Shown: positions 34,183 to 43,488 of the stretch, in pieces
How positions within the stretch are numbered: position 1 is the stretch's first letter
How the letters are laid out: every line of letters starts with the position of its first letter
Origin: a virus
Taxonomy: Duplodnaviria > Caudoviricetes
Length of the DNA: 64,000 bases
Strand: one strand, 5' to 3'
IMG/VR virus record: IMGVR_UViG_3300032320_000838
Location: 13,760 to 77,759 of that record
Position numbers and translations under genes: made by a program
The notes under the pieces: generated by a model
Database searches by the model: none
Seen by the model: only the letters and a program-made list of their open reading frames with translations
Told to the model about the DNA's origin: nothing

Positions 34183-35615
34183 GCTTCACACCTTGCCTTA
34201 TATGCATTTGGTATGGAGAATGCATATGTCTCTGGATTTTTATTTTTCTGCATCAAAACTACTACACCTGTTCTAATCGGAAGCATCTCGAAACTACCAG
34301 CAGGAAAGTTGTCGAATATACCATCACCTATACCTTCTATATCATTTAATATTTCGCTGCCATTAATAGCGGTTCCAGTTATTCCACTAGTGGTTGTGGT
34401 GAATCCATTAGATGTGTTGGGAAACACTTGCTCGAATTGATATGTCCATTTAAAGAATGGTGGTGTTGCACCAACACCAGTTGATCCAGTTATTCTTGCG
34501 AAGAATGTATTATCTACTGGTGGATTTCTTACTGCGGGTGGTGGTGGTATTTCTGGGAAGGATGGTTGTCTTCGAAGAGGTATACCGTTCTGGTTAAATC
34601 GAGGAGAACCAGATGGCCAATCTTGATCGTCCCGTGTATACATTACTCCGTTTTCAGTATCCACAAACACATCACAAGAAGTCAAACCAGATATTGTGCT
34701 CAGAATATTAGCATCAGGTGGACCCTGAATACAATCTATACAATCATATGCAACACCTATGCTTCCATCTGATTTTATAATCTCGTGTCCAAGATTGCTT
34801 ACTGTTGCTGGATTATCGGAAGAATATGTGTCAGATCTTATGGTTCCACTAACTATTCCTGACACAGTGTTTTTAAACTGTGTTGGGTAATATGGACCAT
34901 TGACGCCACCCATAGCAGCACCTTCTTTGGATATGAAGGTGTATGGTCTATTGTTTGGTACTTGTGCATTTACACAGTTAAGTAAACTGGGAATATCGTT
35001 TCTATAACCAACAGTATACAGTTCCGCTGGAGTTGAGTATGAAGGATCTTTTGATGCTGCATCTCTCAAACCACACATTTCCAAGAACTGTTGGAACGAA
35101 GGTGTGTGATTGTAATATGATATTCCAGTCGGACCTACTGTCTGGTATGCTATTGGATAAAAAGTATCTTCATTACTGATCTGCCCAGATCCAATAGTAC
35201 CATTTATGTTTAGAAAAGAAATATCACCATTTGGATATGTAACAACATCTGCGTCTATTTCTGCTACAGAATAGTTACCACCAACAACACTGAGTCGGAC
35301 GATCTCACCCTTGCTACCAAGTAGATCCTGAAATGCCTGTTCGTCTATACCAGTGGTACTGGAAGAAACAAGAGGTCCAGCATAAACATTAGAGCATCCA
35401 GTAGAACCAGAATCTCCTCTTGGACCCGCTGGACCAGGAGGTCCCTGTGGACCTGGAGGACAATCACAACAACCATCACCACTACCACCACCACCACCAG
35501 AGGTCGAAACACCTGGTCTGTTGATTATGTAGTTTATGTTGCAACTATCATCGGAACAACCAACTCTTCTGGATTGTTCGTAATCTTCTGCTGTGAACTT
35601 CGGAAACTCTGGCAT
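34179..35615 (-). CDS. Collagen-motif, Cys-containing protein, 478 aa
   Basis: GCCDCPP-GPQ-GPP-GPA-GPR-GDS-GST-GC. C-terminal FFARITG...WTYQFEQV...AING.E...PIRTGVVV.M...YAFSIPNAY..RC domain. SD GGAGG. Confidence 0.7.
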   Translation of the reverse strand: MPEFPKFTAEDYEQSRRVGCSDDSCNINYIINRPGVSTSGGGGGSGDGCCDCPPGPQGPPGPAGPRGDSGSTGCSNVYAGPLVSSSTTGIDEQAFQDLLGSKGEIVRLSVVGGNYSVAEIDADVVTYPNGDISFLNINGTIGSGQISNEDTFYPIAYQTVGPTGISYYNHTPSFQQFLEMCGLRDAASKDPSYSTPAELYTVGYRNDIPSLLNCVNAQVPNNRPYTFISKEGAAMGGVNGPYYPTQFKNTVSGIVSGTIRSDTYSSDNPATVSNLGHEIIKSDGSIGVAYDCIDCIQGPPDANILSTISGLTSCDVFVDTENGVMYTRDDQDWPSGSPRFNQNGIPLRRQPSFPEIPPPPAVRNPPVDNTFFARITGSTGVGATPPFFKWTYQFEQVFPNTSNGFTTTTSGITGTAINGSEILNDIEGIGDGIFDNFPAGSFEMLPIRTGVVVLMQKNKNPETYAFSIPNAYKARCEA

Positions 35616-35634
35616 ATGTGCCTCCTACTTTTGT

Positions 35635-35642
35635 TATTTATA
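35635..35642 (-). promoter_or_regulatory. Late promoter TATAAATA driving the Cys-rich cassette
   Basis: Exact consensus overlapping the gp20 stop, about 10 nt upstream of GGAGG. Confidence 0.8.
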
Positions 35643-37296
35643 GAAGGCTACTTGCGTCGTAATCGACTCCCTTATTGCTGATGAAAGTGCTCTGGACTTG
35701 ACCAGGTTGAGCGTCTGGTGCAGGAGCACCACCCATATTAGGTGAACCTCCCATATCCGCACCAGGCATCGGTTGTCCATCTGGGCCCATAGGTTGCTGA
35801 GATTGCATCTGCGCCAACTCTTCAGCCTTCTGTTGCTCGATTTGTGCGTCGATCTCTGCAATATCTTCATCAGTTTGTCGGAGAATATTCTTACGAATCC
35901 AGTAATCAGAATAGAATTTACCAGAGTAATCTGCGACCTCGCGCATAATTGCCATGCGATCCTTCATAATCTCTGCTTGCTTGGATTCTGCAAAATATGA
36001 ATCGGTTGCGAAATCCAACTTGATGTTTTGATAGATCTCTATCCAATCCTCTTCGTTCATTATCTGTTTTGCAAGACACTGAATCTTTAGGAAGTTTGTG
36101 ATGAGTTCACCGAAGCGAAGACGGATTCTGCCAATCATCTTAGCATACTTGAGTTCGTCTCTATTGATCTCGGATGCTCTTCCCATATTAAAACCATTAT
36201 CTGCTTGTAGGCGAGATTCTGGAATACCGAGAGCACGCATTAGTTTCTTCTGGAAATATAGAACATCTGCCATTTCACCGAGGTTCTGTCCGCCTGGAAG
36301 TGTTTCGATGGAAGTTCCCTTACCACCTTCTCTTCTTGGAAGCCAGAAATCCTCCAACATACTCATATGCTTCTTGTCGTCGCGGATTTCACCTGTGCTT
36401 GCATCGTACACTACCTTGTTTCGGTAGCGATTCATAACTTCGCGCAGATACTGTTCTGCCTTGTTCTTTGGTAGAGAACCAACATCAATATAGAATATTC
36501 TACGCTCGGGTGCTCTAGACCAGCGGTAGATGACAGTAGCATCCTCTACCATTCTCAACTGATTGAGTGGTTTGATTGCCTTGTGTAAGTATCCAATCAC
36601 TTTACGAGTGTTTGGATCATACATTCCTGAATGCACATAATTGATGGAATCTGGAGAAATCTTTATTCCCTGCTCTGGGGAGTTGTAGTTTATGTTGTAT
36701 GTACTTGGCATGGTCTTCTCAAAAGGCATGTACAAGTAATATTCTTCCATCTCCGTTGGAACTTCTACATTTCCAACTCTTTCCTTTTCCTTCACTTCCT
36801 TGATTTTCTTGATGCGAAGAGGATCGACATAACGATACTCTTTTGCACCCTTCTTCTTATTCTCGTGAAGTATTATGTGGTAGTAAAGTCTTCCGTCGAT
36901 GTAAAACCGGCGGAAGATGTCGTATCCTTTTCTCTCAAAATCAAGAAGATACAGAACCTCTTTGAAGGAGTCCTGTATCTTCTCTTTGATTGATTGTGGA
37001 ACATCAACTTTATCTAAGTTGAGTTTAACTACTTGGTTTCTAGCATCTTCGGTGATTACTTCATTCACAACATCGTCTATGGCCATATCGACTTCTGCGT
37101 GTAAGGCCATTTCACGATACTTTCGTATCATGTCGATCTCGTTACGGAGAGTTCCGTCAAGATCAACATAATATCCCTGAAGACCTCCACCCTCTATAAC
37201 AGTCGCACCATCCTCAGCGGATGGTGGGACTATCGAGAATACTTCTTCGTCGGTTTCCTTGCGACCAAAAGTAAATCCGAAAATATTAAAAGCCAT
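35638..37296 (-). CDS. gp20: Portal vertex protein
   Basis: IRKYREMALHAEVDMAIDDVVNE, FYIDGRLYYH, YLHKAIKPLNQLRMVEDA.VIYR.SRAPERRIFYIDVG.LPK.KAEQYL, MSMLEDFWLPRREGGKGT.IETLPGGQNLG. Confidence 0.99.
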   Translation of the reverse strand: MAFNIFGFTFGRKETDEEVFSIVPPSAEDGATVIEGGGLQGYYVDLDGTLRNEIDMIRKYREMALHAEVDMAIDDVVNEVITEDARNQVVKLNLDKVDVPQSIKEKIQDSFKEVLYLLDFERKGYDIFRRFYIDGRLYYHIILHENKKKGAKEYRYVDPLRIKKIKEVKEKERVGNVEVPTEMEEYYLYMPFEKTMPSTYNINYNSPEQGIKISPDSINYVHSGMYDPNTRKVIGYLHKAIKPLNQLRMVEDATVIYRWSRAPERRIFYIDVGSLPKNKAEQYLREVMNRYRNKVVYDASTGEIRDDKKHMSMLEDFWLPRREGGKGTSIETLPGGQNLGEMADVLYFQKKLMRALGIPESRLQADNGFNMGRASEINRDELKYAKMIGRIRLRFGELITNFLKIQCLAKQIMNEEDWIEIYQNIKLDFATDSYFAESKQAEIMKDRMAIMREVADYSGKFYSDYWIRKNILRQTDEDIAEIDAQIEQQKAEELAQMQSQQPMGPDGQPMPGADMGGSPNMGGAPAPDAQPGQVQSTFISNKGVDYDASSLL

Positions 37297-37326
37297 TATG
37301 TAGTCAACCTTTCGAGGTTAGAGTTA

Positions 37327-37920
37327 TTATCTCTTGCCGCCGAGGTTGAGTTGTGCGCCTGGTCCTTGCTTGACTTGGAAGTATGTGTAACCGAATGTAA
37401 CTTGGAATTCGGATACAGTGTCGTTTTGGTCATAAGCAAGTTCGATTGCAGCAACATCCTTGGGGAAGCAAGCGATCAGTTCGTACTTCTGTACTGTCTG
37501 ACCCTTTCTATTTAGTTGCTCTACAGTAGCGGTGCAACCAGTTACATGGCCCCAGAATGGAGCGGATGTTTCTGTTGTTGCAGCACCAGTGACATCGCCG
37601 ACCATGTTGTTGACGATGCCGTTGTAGTAACGGTTCCACTTCTCGAACTCGTTGCGGATTGTATAGTCCTCTGTGTTGAGAACTGTTACAGTCCAGTCTT
37701 CGAAGGTTCTGTCGCCAGGAACCTTGATCTGACGGCCCAAGTATGGTACGGTGATTTCACCGAGTGTTGAGCCTGGAATGGAGGTTGCCTTTGCGTAGAA
37801 GGTGAGACGGTTGCTGAACTTGATTACACCTGATCTGTCTGTTACTGTAACTCTGAACAGTGTTGGTCTAGAACCACCGTCAAAGTCCTGAATAAATCTG
37901 TCAATTCCTAAGTATGCCAT
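37327..37920 (-). CDS. gp19: Tail tube protein
   Basis: GGSRPTLFRV, AKATSIPGSTLG.I.VPYLGRQIKVPGDRTFEDWTVTV.N..DY.IR..FE.W. Confidence 0.96.
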   Translation of the reverse strand: MAYLGIDRFIQDFDGGSRPTLFRVTVTDRSGVIKFSNRLTFYAKATSIPGSTLGEITVPYLGRQIKVPGDRTFEDWTVTVLNTEDYTIRNEFEKWNRYYNGIVNNMVGDVTGAATTETSAPFWGHVTGCTATVEQLNRKGQTVQKYELIACFPKDVAAIELAYDQNDTVSEFQVTFGYTYFQVKQGPGAQLNLGGKR

Positions 37921-37971
37921 TTATGGTACTCCTATGTTCGTGAGTTTTATCTTTGTTCTTTAACGGGTTTA

Positions 37972-39747
37972 TTAGGATGCAGTGCCGGTAAGTTCGGCGA
38001 ATGCGAGTCCTGTTGGGGTTGCCACGAAGTTCAACTGTACGAAGTTGATGGATCTTGTTGGCTTGATGAAGATGTCGCCGACAAATCCGTTCGAGTCGAT
38101 TACTTGTGGTGTGTTGTTGGTTTCGTCGCAAACTACACGGAAGTCCGTAATACCGCGGCGTCCTGCAACTTCACGAAGGAATGGCTGAACCAGTTGTTCG
38201 AACTGATTTCTGGTGAACTCGTCGTTGAACTCGAAGAGAATAAATCTGGATGCGGTGGAGATGGCCTTCTCAAGGACGATGAACAGACGACGAACATTGA
38301 TGCGGTCGAATGCGGATGGTCTGTTGAGGAGGGTCTTATCACCGAAGAGGATTGCGCCTTCGCCTGGGAAGGTAGCAACTGGATTAACTTGCTTCTTGTA
38401 GAGTTCATCGCGGTCGGTTTGACCTGGGTTGTATGCAAGACGAACAACATTCTTGATACGACCTCTGTCATAACCGGCTGGAGAGAACCAAGGATCTTGA
38501 TTGGTGTCTGTTCTTACGCAGCAACCAGCGATGTCGGCATTGAGTGGAGTGTAGATGTAACGATCATTATAGGAATCATACTGGAGTTTGTAACCAGAGT
38601 CCATGAAACCGTAAGAAGAAGACAGGTTAAGTGCTGATCTATAAGCCAAGCACTCATCCAGAGACTGAGAAGCGATTGTATCATAATCTCCTGCGTTGTT
38701 TGGAGAAACGAAAGCAACACAGTCCTTTCTGGATTCGGCGACATTAATCACGGTTGCAGCGTGAGTTGCACTCATTGGGCCAGTGATGAGAATACTGACA
38801 TCAATATTCTGACCGCTGAGGAAGAATGTCTCGAATGCAGTGGCGCAATCACCTTCTACAGTATCAACATTAGCAGCGTTGATTGTGGTGATGACGCCTC
38901 CTGTGAGTGATTTTACACTTATTCCAGAAGTGAGAGACTTGAACACGCTTGCATCGTCGATGTCCAGTGCATCACCCCAATCAGAGTTGGCGCCAGAACC
39001 AGCAACGCTTGCTGTTGGGTGTGAAAGCCATCTTACATATTCGGAGTTAGTGTTAACAACATCCTTGTAATAGTTTGATTGTCCGTCAGCGTTTTGGGCG
39101 TTAGATGCCTTGGAAACGAACGCAAATCTCTCAAGAACTGTTCCTGCTACACCAGAGAACAAACCACCCTTGTCTACTACGAGAACATGGAGTTCGTCTT
39201 TGGCGCCTGTAGCACCGATGCTTTGTGCCCACACAGAGGTTGCTGGAGCATCATCGAAGTTTTTGATGTAATCGGCATATTCATCTTCGAGTAGAGGATC
39301 GCCGTCTGTGTTACCGTTTCCACCATTATCGAGAACTACAACTTTGAGGCTGTCTCCTAGTTTGCCTGGATAACGAGCACACCAAGGTCCGTTAGCAGCA
39401 TTGGAAGCAGCGTTGTCGGAATATGTGGTATCGTTGTAGATGTTGGCAATACCAGAAACACAAGATGCAGTACGGTCACCAGTTACTTTAACTCTGACTA
39501 CATTAAGGTTACTTCCGTAGTCGAGGAAGTTGGATGCCGTCCACCAGAATCTTGCGTAGTACGCATCTCTATCTGGTTTACCGAACTTTGCGAGAAGTTC
39601 TCTCTTATCTGAAAGAAGGGTAGTCTCATCGACTGGACCCCATGTGAAGGCTCCGACGAAGGCAGCAGGAGTTGTTGCTACTGCTGGCACGATGAGTGTC
39701 AGATCCTTTTCTGTTACTGTAACGCCTGGACTGATTTGGAATGCCAT
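37972..39747 (-). CDS. gp18: Tail sheath protein
   Basis: MAFQISPGV.V.EKDLT, PWFSPAG..RG.IKN, LYKKQVNPV..FPGEG..LFGDKT...SAFDRINVRRLFIVLEKAI, IKPTRSINFV.LNFVA. Confidence 0.98.
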   Translation of the reverse strand: MAFQISPGVTVTEKDLTLIVPAVATTPAAFVGAFTWGPVDETTLLSDKRELLAKFGKPDRDAYYARFWWTASNFLDYGSNLNVVRVKVTGDRTASCVSGIANIYNDTTYSDNAASNAANGPWCARYPGKLGDSLKVVVLDNGGNGNTDGDPLLEDEYADYIKNFDDAPATSVWAQSIGATGAKDELHVLVVDKGGLFSGVAGTVLERFAFVSKASNAQNADGQSNYYKDVVNTNSEYVRWLSHPTASVAGSGANSDWGDALDIDDASVFKSLTSGISVKSLTGGVITTINAANVDTVEGDCATAFETFFLSGQNIDVSILITGPMSATHAATVINVAESRKDCVAFVSPNNAGDYDTIASQSLDECLAYRSALNLSSSYGFMDSGYKLQYDSYNDRYIYTPLNADIAGCCVRTDTNQDPWFSPAGYDRGRIKNVVRLAYNPGQTDRDELYKKQVNPVATFPGEGAILFGDKTLLNRPSAFDRINVRRLFIVLEKAISTASRFILFEFNDEFTRNQFEQLVQPFLREVAGRRGITDFRVVCDETNNTPQVIDSNGFVGDIFIKPTRSINFVQLNFVATPTGLAFAELTGTAS

Positions 39748-39802
39748 TGTTTGTTCTCCTTTGATACTTTACTGAAATCACTATGAGTTGGATTACTAGT
39801 TT

Positions 39803-39810
39803 TATGTATA
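39803..39810 (-). promoter_or_regulatory. Putative late promoter variant (TATACATA) for gp18-19
   Basis: One mismatch from TATAAATA in the gp17-gp18 gap. Confidence 0.55.
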
Positions 39811-39822
39811 AAATTGTATTTT

Positions 39823-41442
39823 TTAGTTGTTGTACCAGACAGTACCTTTATTGTCTGTCTCGATATCCTCTTCCAAACCATTATCAATAAATCCAAAAGG
39901 AACGATTTCATCCTCAAGTTCTTTCAACTTTGCATCAAATAGTGTCTTTCTGATGTCCATGTTGGTCAGATCTTTAAAATAACCTTGAGTCGTCAACCAA
40001 CAGAAAAGCACCATACACATAACCAGATCGTCATTGTGTCCCGTATCCGCTTCATATGAAGTAGATTTGGCAACAAAGGTCACAAGTTCCTGTATTATAT
40101 TTAGATCCTGAATGATCAGTTTATCGTCTTCTATCATACTTTTCAGAAGAGAACAGCCAATTCTCTTCAGCGGTTTGGTCGTCCTAACACCTAGTTGCGT
40201 CTGGGAAGCACCGAAACCACCGTCCAAGGTCTGTCCCTTACGACCTCGGAAACTAGACATAAGCATATTTTCGTATTCTAGTTCATTATACAAAATATCC
40301 GCCACTTGTCCGCCAATATCGTTTATCTCTACCAGAATGTAAGCATCGTTGTATTTCTGTGCTATGGGATAGATGGCATTTGGATAAATCATGGGCGACA
40401 TTTCGTTGTTCTTAAAAGAAGCAACTACCTTGTAGGGTATGGTGGTAATGTCTACCACGATATAGGCATGATAGTCGAACCCCACACCTCTGGAAGTATC
40501 CACCGTCATTACATAAATGTGATCTTTATGTGGGTACTCATATATGCTCAAACCTTGCTCGCTCTTGGATATTGGCGTCTTGTATGCCATACTCTTCAGT
40601 TTTGTGGCAGCAATCAGGGTATTTGTGGAACCGATAAAGTCACATTCATACTCTACCCTGAACTGTTCTTCAGAAGAGTTAGCGATCTGTTGCTTTCTCC
40701 AGTTTTGATCACGACCAGGGATGTCCGACCAGTGAACGGAAACCGTCTGAAAGGAGTTTCTCTTCTCCTCAGCATCCGTCCAGATCTTGTAGTACATATT
40801 CAATCCATTAGGTGTAGAGAAGATCAACACCTTGGTGTCCGTACCAGACGAAATAGTGGGGTAGGCTGACGCATAGAAGTCATCTGCGATGTTTGGGGGG
40901 ACATACGCAAACTCGTCCAAGAAGATCATATTGAAAGAACCACCACGAATAGCGGAAGACGAAGTGGCAGATGCTTTTACTTTAGATTTGTTTTCAAGAA
41001 CAACCGATCCTTTGTTCCATTCAACTACGCCCTGCTGCAACCACTTTGGAAGATATTCATATGCTACTTTTAGTTTACCTAATAGTTCACGAGCAATCTC
41101 CTGCTTGTGTGCAAGAATCGCAACATTCACTTCTGGATTAAATAAAATGTAGTGCAGGATATAAGAAACAACCGTGGTGGATTTACCTGACTGACGGGGT
41201 AGTTTGGCAATCGTAAAACGATTATTGTGTATGGTTTTCACCATATCTTCCTGAAACTTATACATCTGAAAATCCACCAAACCCTTATCCAGATTTATGA
41301 TCTTGATGTATTTTTTGATAAAATAAACAGGATCTTGAGAACACTTGATGTATTCCTCAAGTTGCTCTGGTGTCCACTGAACCTTTACTCCAGCGGCCTT
41401 AAGATTTTCATTTCCGAGATAGGAGTTATTGCTCATCTGCAA
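39823..41442 (-). CDS. gp17: Terminase large subunit
   Basis: YLGN.NLK, LPRQSGKST, SSSAIRGGSFNMIFLDEFA, STPNGLN, VDTSRGVG.DY, HNDDLVM. Confidence 0.98.
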   Translation of the reverse strand: MQMSNNSYLGNENLKAAGVKVQWTPEQLEEYIKCSQDPVYFIKKYIKIINLDKGLVDFQMYKFQEDMVKTIHNNRFTIAKLPRQSGKSTTVVSYILHYILFNPEVNVAILAHKQEIARELLGKLKVAYEYLPKWLQQGVVEWNKGSVVLENKSKVKASATSSSAIRGGSFNMIFLDEFAYVPPNIADDFYASAYPTISSGTDTKVLIFSTPNGLNMYYKIWTDAEEKRNSFQTVSVHWSDIPGRDQNWRKQQIANSSEEQFRVEYECDFIGSTNTLIAATKLKSMAYKTPISKSEQGLSIYEYPHKDHIYVMTVDTSRGVGFDYHAYIVVDITTIPYKVVASFKNNEMSPMIYPNAIYPIAQKYNDAYILVEINDIGGQVADILYNELEYENMLMSSFRGRKGQTLDGGFGASQTQLGVRTTKPLKRIGCSLLKSMIEDDKLIIQDLNIIQELVTFVAKSTSYEADTGHNDDLVMCMVLFCWLTTQGYFKDLTNMDIRKTLFDAKLKELEDEIVPFGFIDNGLEEDIETDNKGTVWYNN

Positions 41443-41881
41443 ACTTCGTTTCGTCTAGTTCTTTCATTCTTCCTTTGAGCATTTTCTGTAACTCAGTAGT
41501 GCTTCCAACGAAAATAGAATTATTAGTGATGCTTGTGTTGTTGTCGCCCTGGACCTCTATCTTCTTTATTTCTTTCATTTGTTTATGAAGACCTATGAGA
41601 TCCTTATTAGCATCAGAAACACTCTTTATGAGTGTTGCGACGACTTCGTATGCTCTGGGTGATTGGGTTTCCGATGCAACCATCATTATTCCGTCGATTG
41701 CTTCGGTTCCTCTTTTTACTATTTCTTTTAGATTTTCTCTTACAGTAGTGTAATCCTTGTCGGCATCTTCTTTATCCACTACCACTTCCTTAACTACAGG
41801 AACTATATCTCCGACTGTGCTAGGGACTTCTTTTTTCTCCAAGGAGAAAACCTGTTCCATTTTGTTTTCGAACTCATCCAT
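41426..41881 (-). CDS. gp16: Terminase small subunit
   Basis: DYTTVRENL...SPRAYEV.ATLIK...TNNSIFVGST.ELQKML. Directly before gp17. Confidence 0.93.
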   Translation of the reverse strand: MDEFENKMEQVFSLEKKEVPSTVGDIVPVVKEVVVDKEDADKDYTTVRENLKEIVKRGTEAIDGIMMVASETQSPRAYEVVATLIKSVSDANKDLIGLHKQMKEIKKIEVQGDNNTSITNNSIFVGSTTELQKMLKGRMKELDETKFADEQ

Positions 41882-41891
41882 AATAAACCTT

Positions 41892-42101
41892 TCATCCTAT
41901 CAGTATTCCTTCGTATCTAAACTCACCGTGATTTTCCAGTTGTTTTATAGTTACGAAAGCATAATCTTCTGAAGCACTCACTTGTTGTCTGTTTTTAGAC
42001 ACAACTTTATCGCCATTACTATCTATCACAAAATCATTATTAGTATTGGTTTCGTATACTACTGGATAGAAAGTCATAGAAACCAGTTTATTTGTGGGCA
42101 T
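41892..42101 (-). CDS. Hypothetical protein, 69 aa
   Basis: Fills the gp15-gp16 gap with AAGGA upstream. No recognisable motif. Confidence 0.6.
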   Translation of the reverse strand: MPTNKLVSMTFYPVVYETNTNNDFVIDSNGDKVVSKNRQQVSASEDYAFVTIKQLENHGEFRYEGILIG

Positions 42102-42110
42102 GTTTTATCC

Positions 42111-42794
42111 TTATGGTTGATCGTTTTCTATATCCACTATATTTGCTTCGATGTAGTTTATAACATTATGCTGCTTTACTGGACCGTATAGGTTTATCTT
42201 GGCAGTAAATGTCATATCCCACATAATAAATCTACTATTTTCTGTAACAAGTGGTCCTTCGAATGCTTCTTCAGTTGTCACTTGAGTTAGAATAATAGGT
42301 ATGTCTAGTTTTTCTTGTTCATTACCAAGAACGCCAGGTTTGATCGTCATACTGAACTCTGGAGTAAAATACGGGAGTATCTGCTCCACTATCTGAAGTC
42401 CATCATCCATATTTCTGACATAACTGGATAGTGTGATGTCTAGGTTGTAAGGAACTGGCATATGGTGGTATGAATATTCTGTATCACCATTTGTGTTGAT
42501 AGTTTCCATATATCTTCTGTTTATGCTGTTCTTCTTTCTTTCAGCATCATAAGAGATATTTGTGATTGCAAAAGACATTCTAGGTAGAGTGATCTGGACT
42601 GCTTGATTGCTGAGATCAGCCAAACTCACACTCAAACGATTTACGAACTTTTCCTTGACAGAATATGTAAGAGGAACCTTTATTCTCTGGGAAACACCAT
42701 TTGGTATTTCTCTATTAATATGAATATTGTTAAATAAGGTTCCAAAGGAAACTACTGTTTTTCTTATTATTCCGTGGTAGAAATCTGTAAACAT
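42111..42794 (-). CDS. gp15: Tail sheath terminator / head-tail connector
   Basis: FYHGIIRKTVVSFGTLFNNI.I.R, IKVPL.Y, LPRMSF, PVPYNL, LQIVEQILPYF.P. Confidence 0.95.
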   Translation of the reverse strand: MFTDFYHGIIRKTVVSFGTLFNNIHINREIPNGVSQRIKVPLTYSVKEKFVNRLSVSLADLSNQAVQITLPRMSFAITNISYDAERKKNSINRRYMETINTNGDTEYSYHHMPVPYNLDITLSSYVRNMDDGLQIVEQILPYFTPEFSMTIKPGVLGNEQEKLDIPIILTQVTTEEAFEGPLVTENSRFIMWDMTFTAKINLYGPVKQHNVINYIEANIVDIENDQP

Positions 42795-43486
42795 CAGTAG
42801 TTGCCTTCCGAGAATGGATCAACTTCTGTAAAATCAAGAAGAGATGCTGCGTTTTGCTGAATAATAGTGTTGTCCTTTATTGTCTTACCATCCTGTATTG
42901 CGTCGGGTGTTCCGTCACCGTCTTCGTCTATCAGAGATACTATATTCTCTTCTATTGCATCAATATCAGACACACCCGTGTCGATCTCTTCCATAGAATA
43001 CTTGAAGAGTTCACAATCCAATCTATATGTGTATAGTTTTCCACCTTGGAAAAATACTTGTTTATTATCCACATATTTGATCTCAAACAGACCCTTCGAT
43101 AATGGAAAATAAATTAGATCACCCATCATAGGTGCTTCTAATTCTATTGGACGATCTGCCATAGTCGGAACTTTTGCTGCTTCTTGCTGAAATCTCTTCT
43201 TAGCAACAACCAAGGACATATTGTCACGGACTTCTATGCCAAACTTGGAAACTATTTCTCTTTCGCCCTCGAAACCATTAAATGTTTCCAGATACATTTC
43301 TATCGGAAAAGAAACATCAAAATGTGAAAGAACATCTTCACCAAAAATCTGATCAAGTTTTCTGAATCTTCTTGGGATGTAATACACATCCATACCCTTG
43401 CTCTTGATGGATTCGATCATAAGATCTTCCATCAAATCTTGAGTTGGTGCATATTTGTTGTTGTTAAAATACGGATTTGTAGCCAT
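42794..43486 (-). CDS. gp14: Neck protein
   Basis: EDL..ESIK.KGMDVYYIPR, FGEDV.S.F, SKFGIE.RD, P..GDLIYFPL...LFEIKYV, DF.E.DPFSE. Confidence 0.95.
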   Translation of the reverse strand: MATNPYFNNNKYAPTQDLMEDLMIESIKSKGMDVYYIPRRFRKLDQIFGEDVLSHFDVSFPIEMYLETFNGFEGEREIVSKFGIEVRDNMSLVVAKKRFQQEAAKVPTMADRPIELEAPMMGDLIYFPLSKGLFEIKYVDNKQVFFQGGKLYTYRLDCELFKYSMEEIDTGVSDIDAIEENIVSLIDEDGDGTPDAIQDGKTIKDNTIIQQNAASLLDFTEVDPFSEGNY

Positions 43487-43488
43487 TT

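Noticed and set aside
20077-41442. Inteins, group I introns or homing endonucleases in gp46, uvsW, gp17, gp20, gp23
   Set aside because: All have canonical lengths and continuous motifs. No LAGLIDADG, GIY-YIG, HNH or intein splice motifs were seen.
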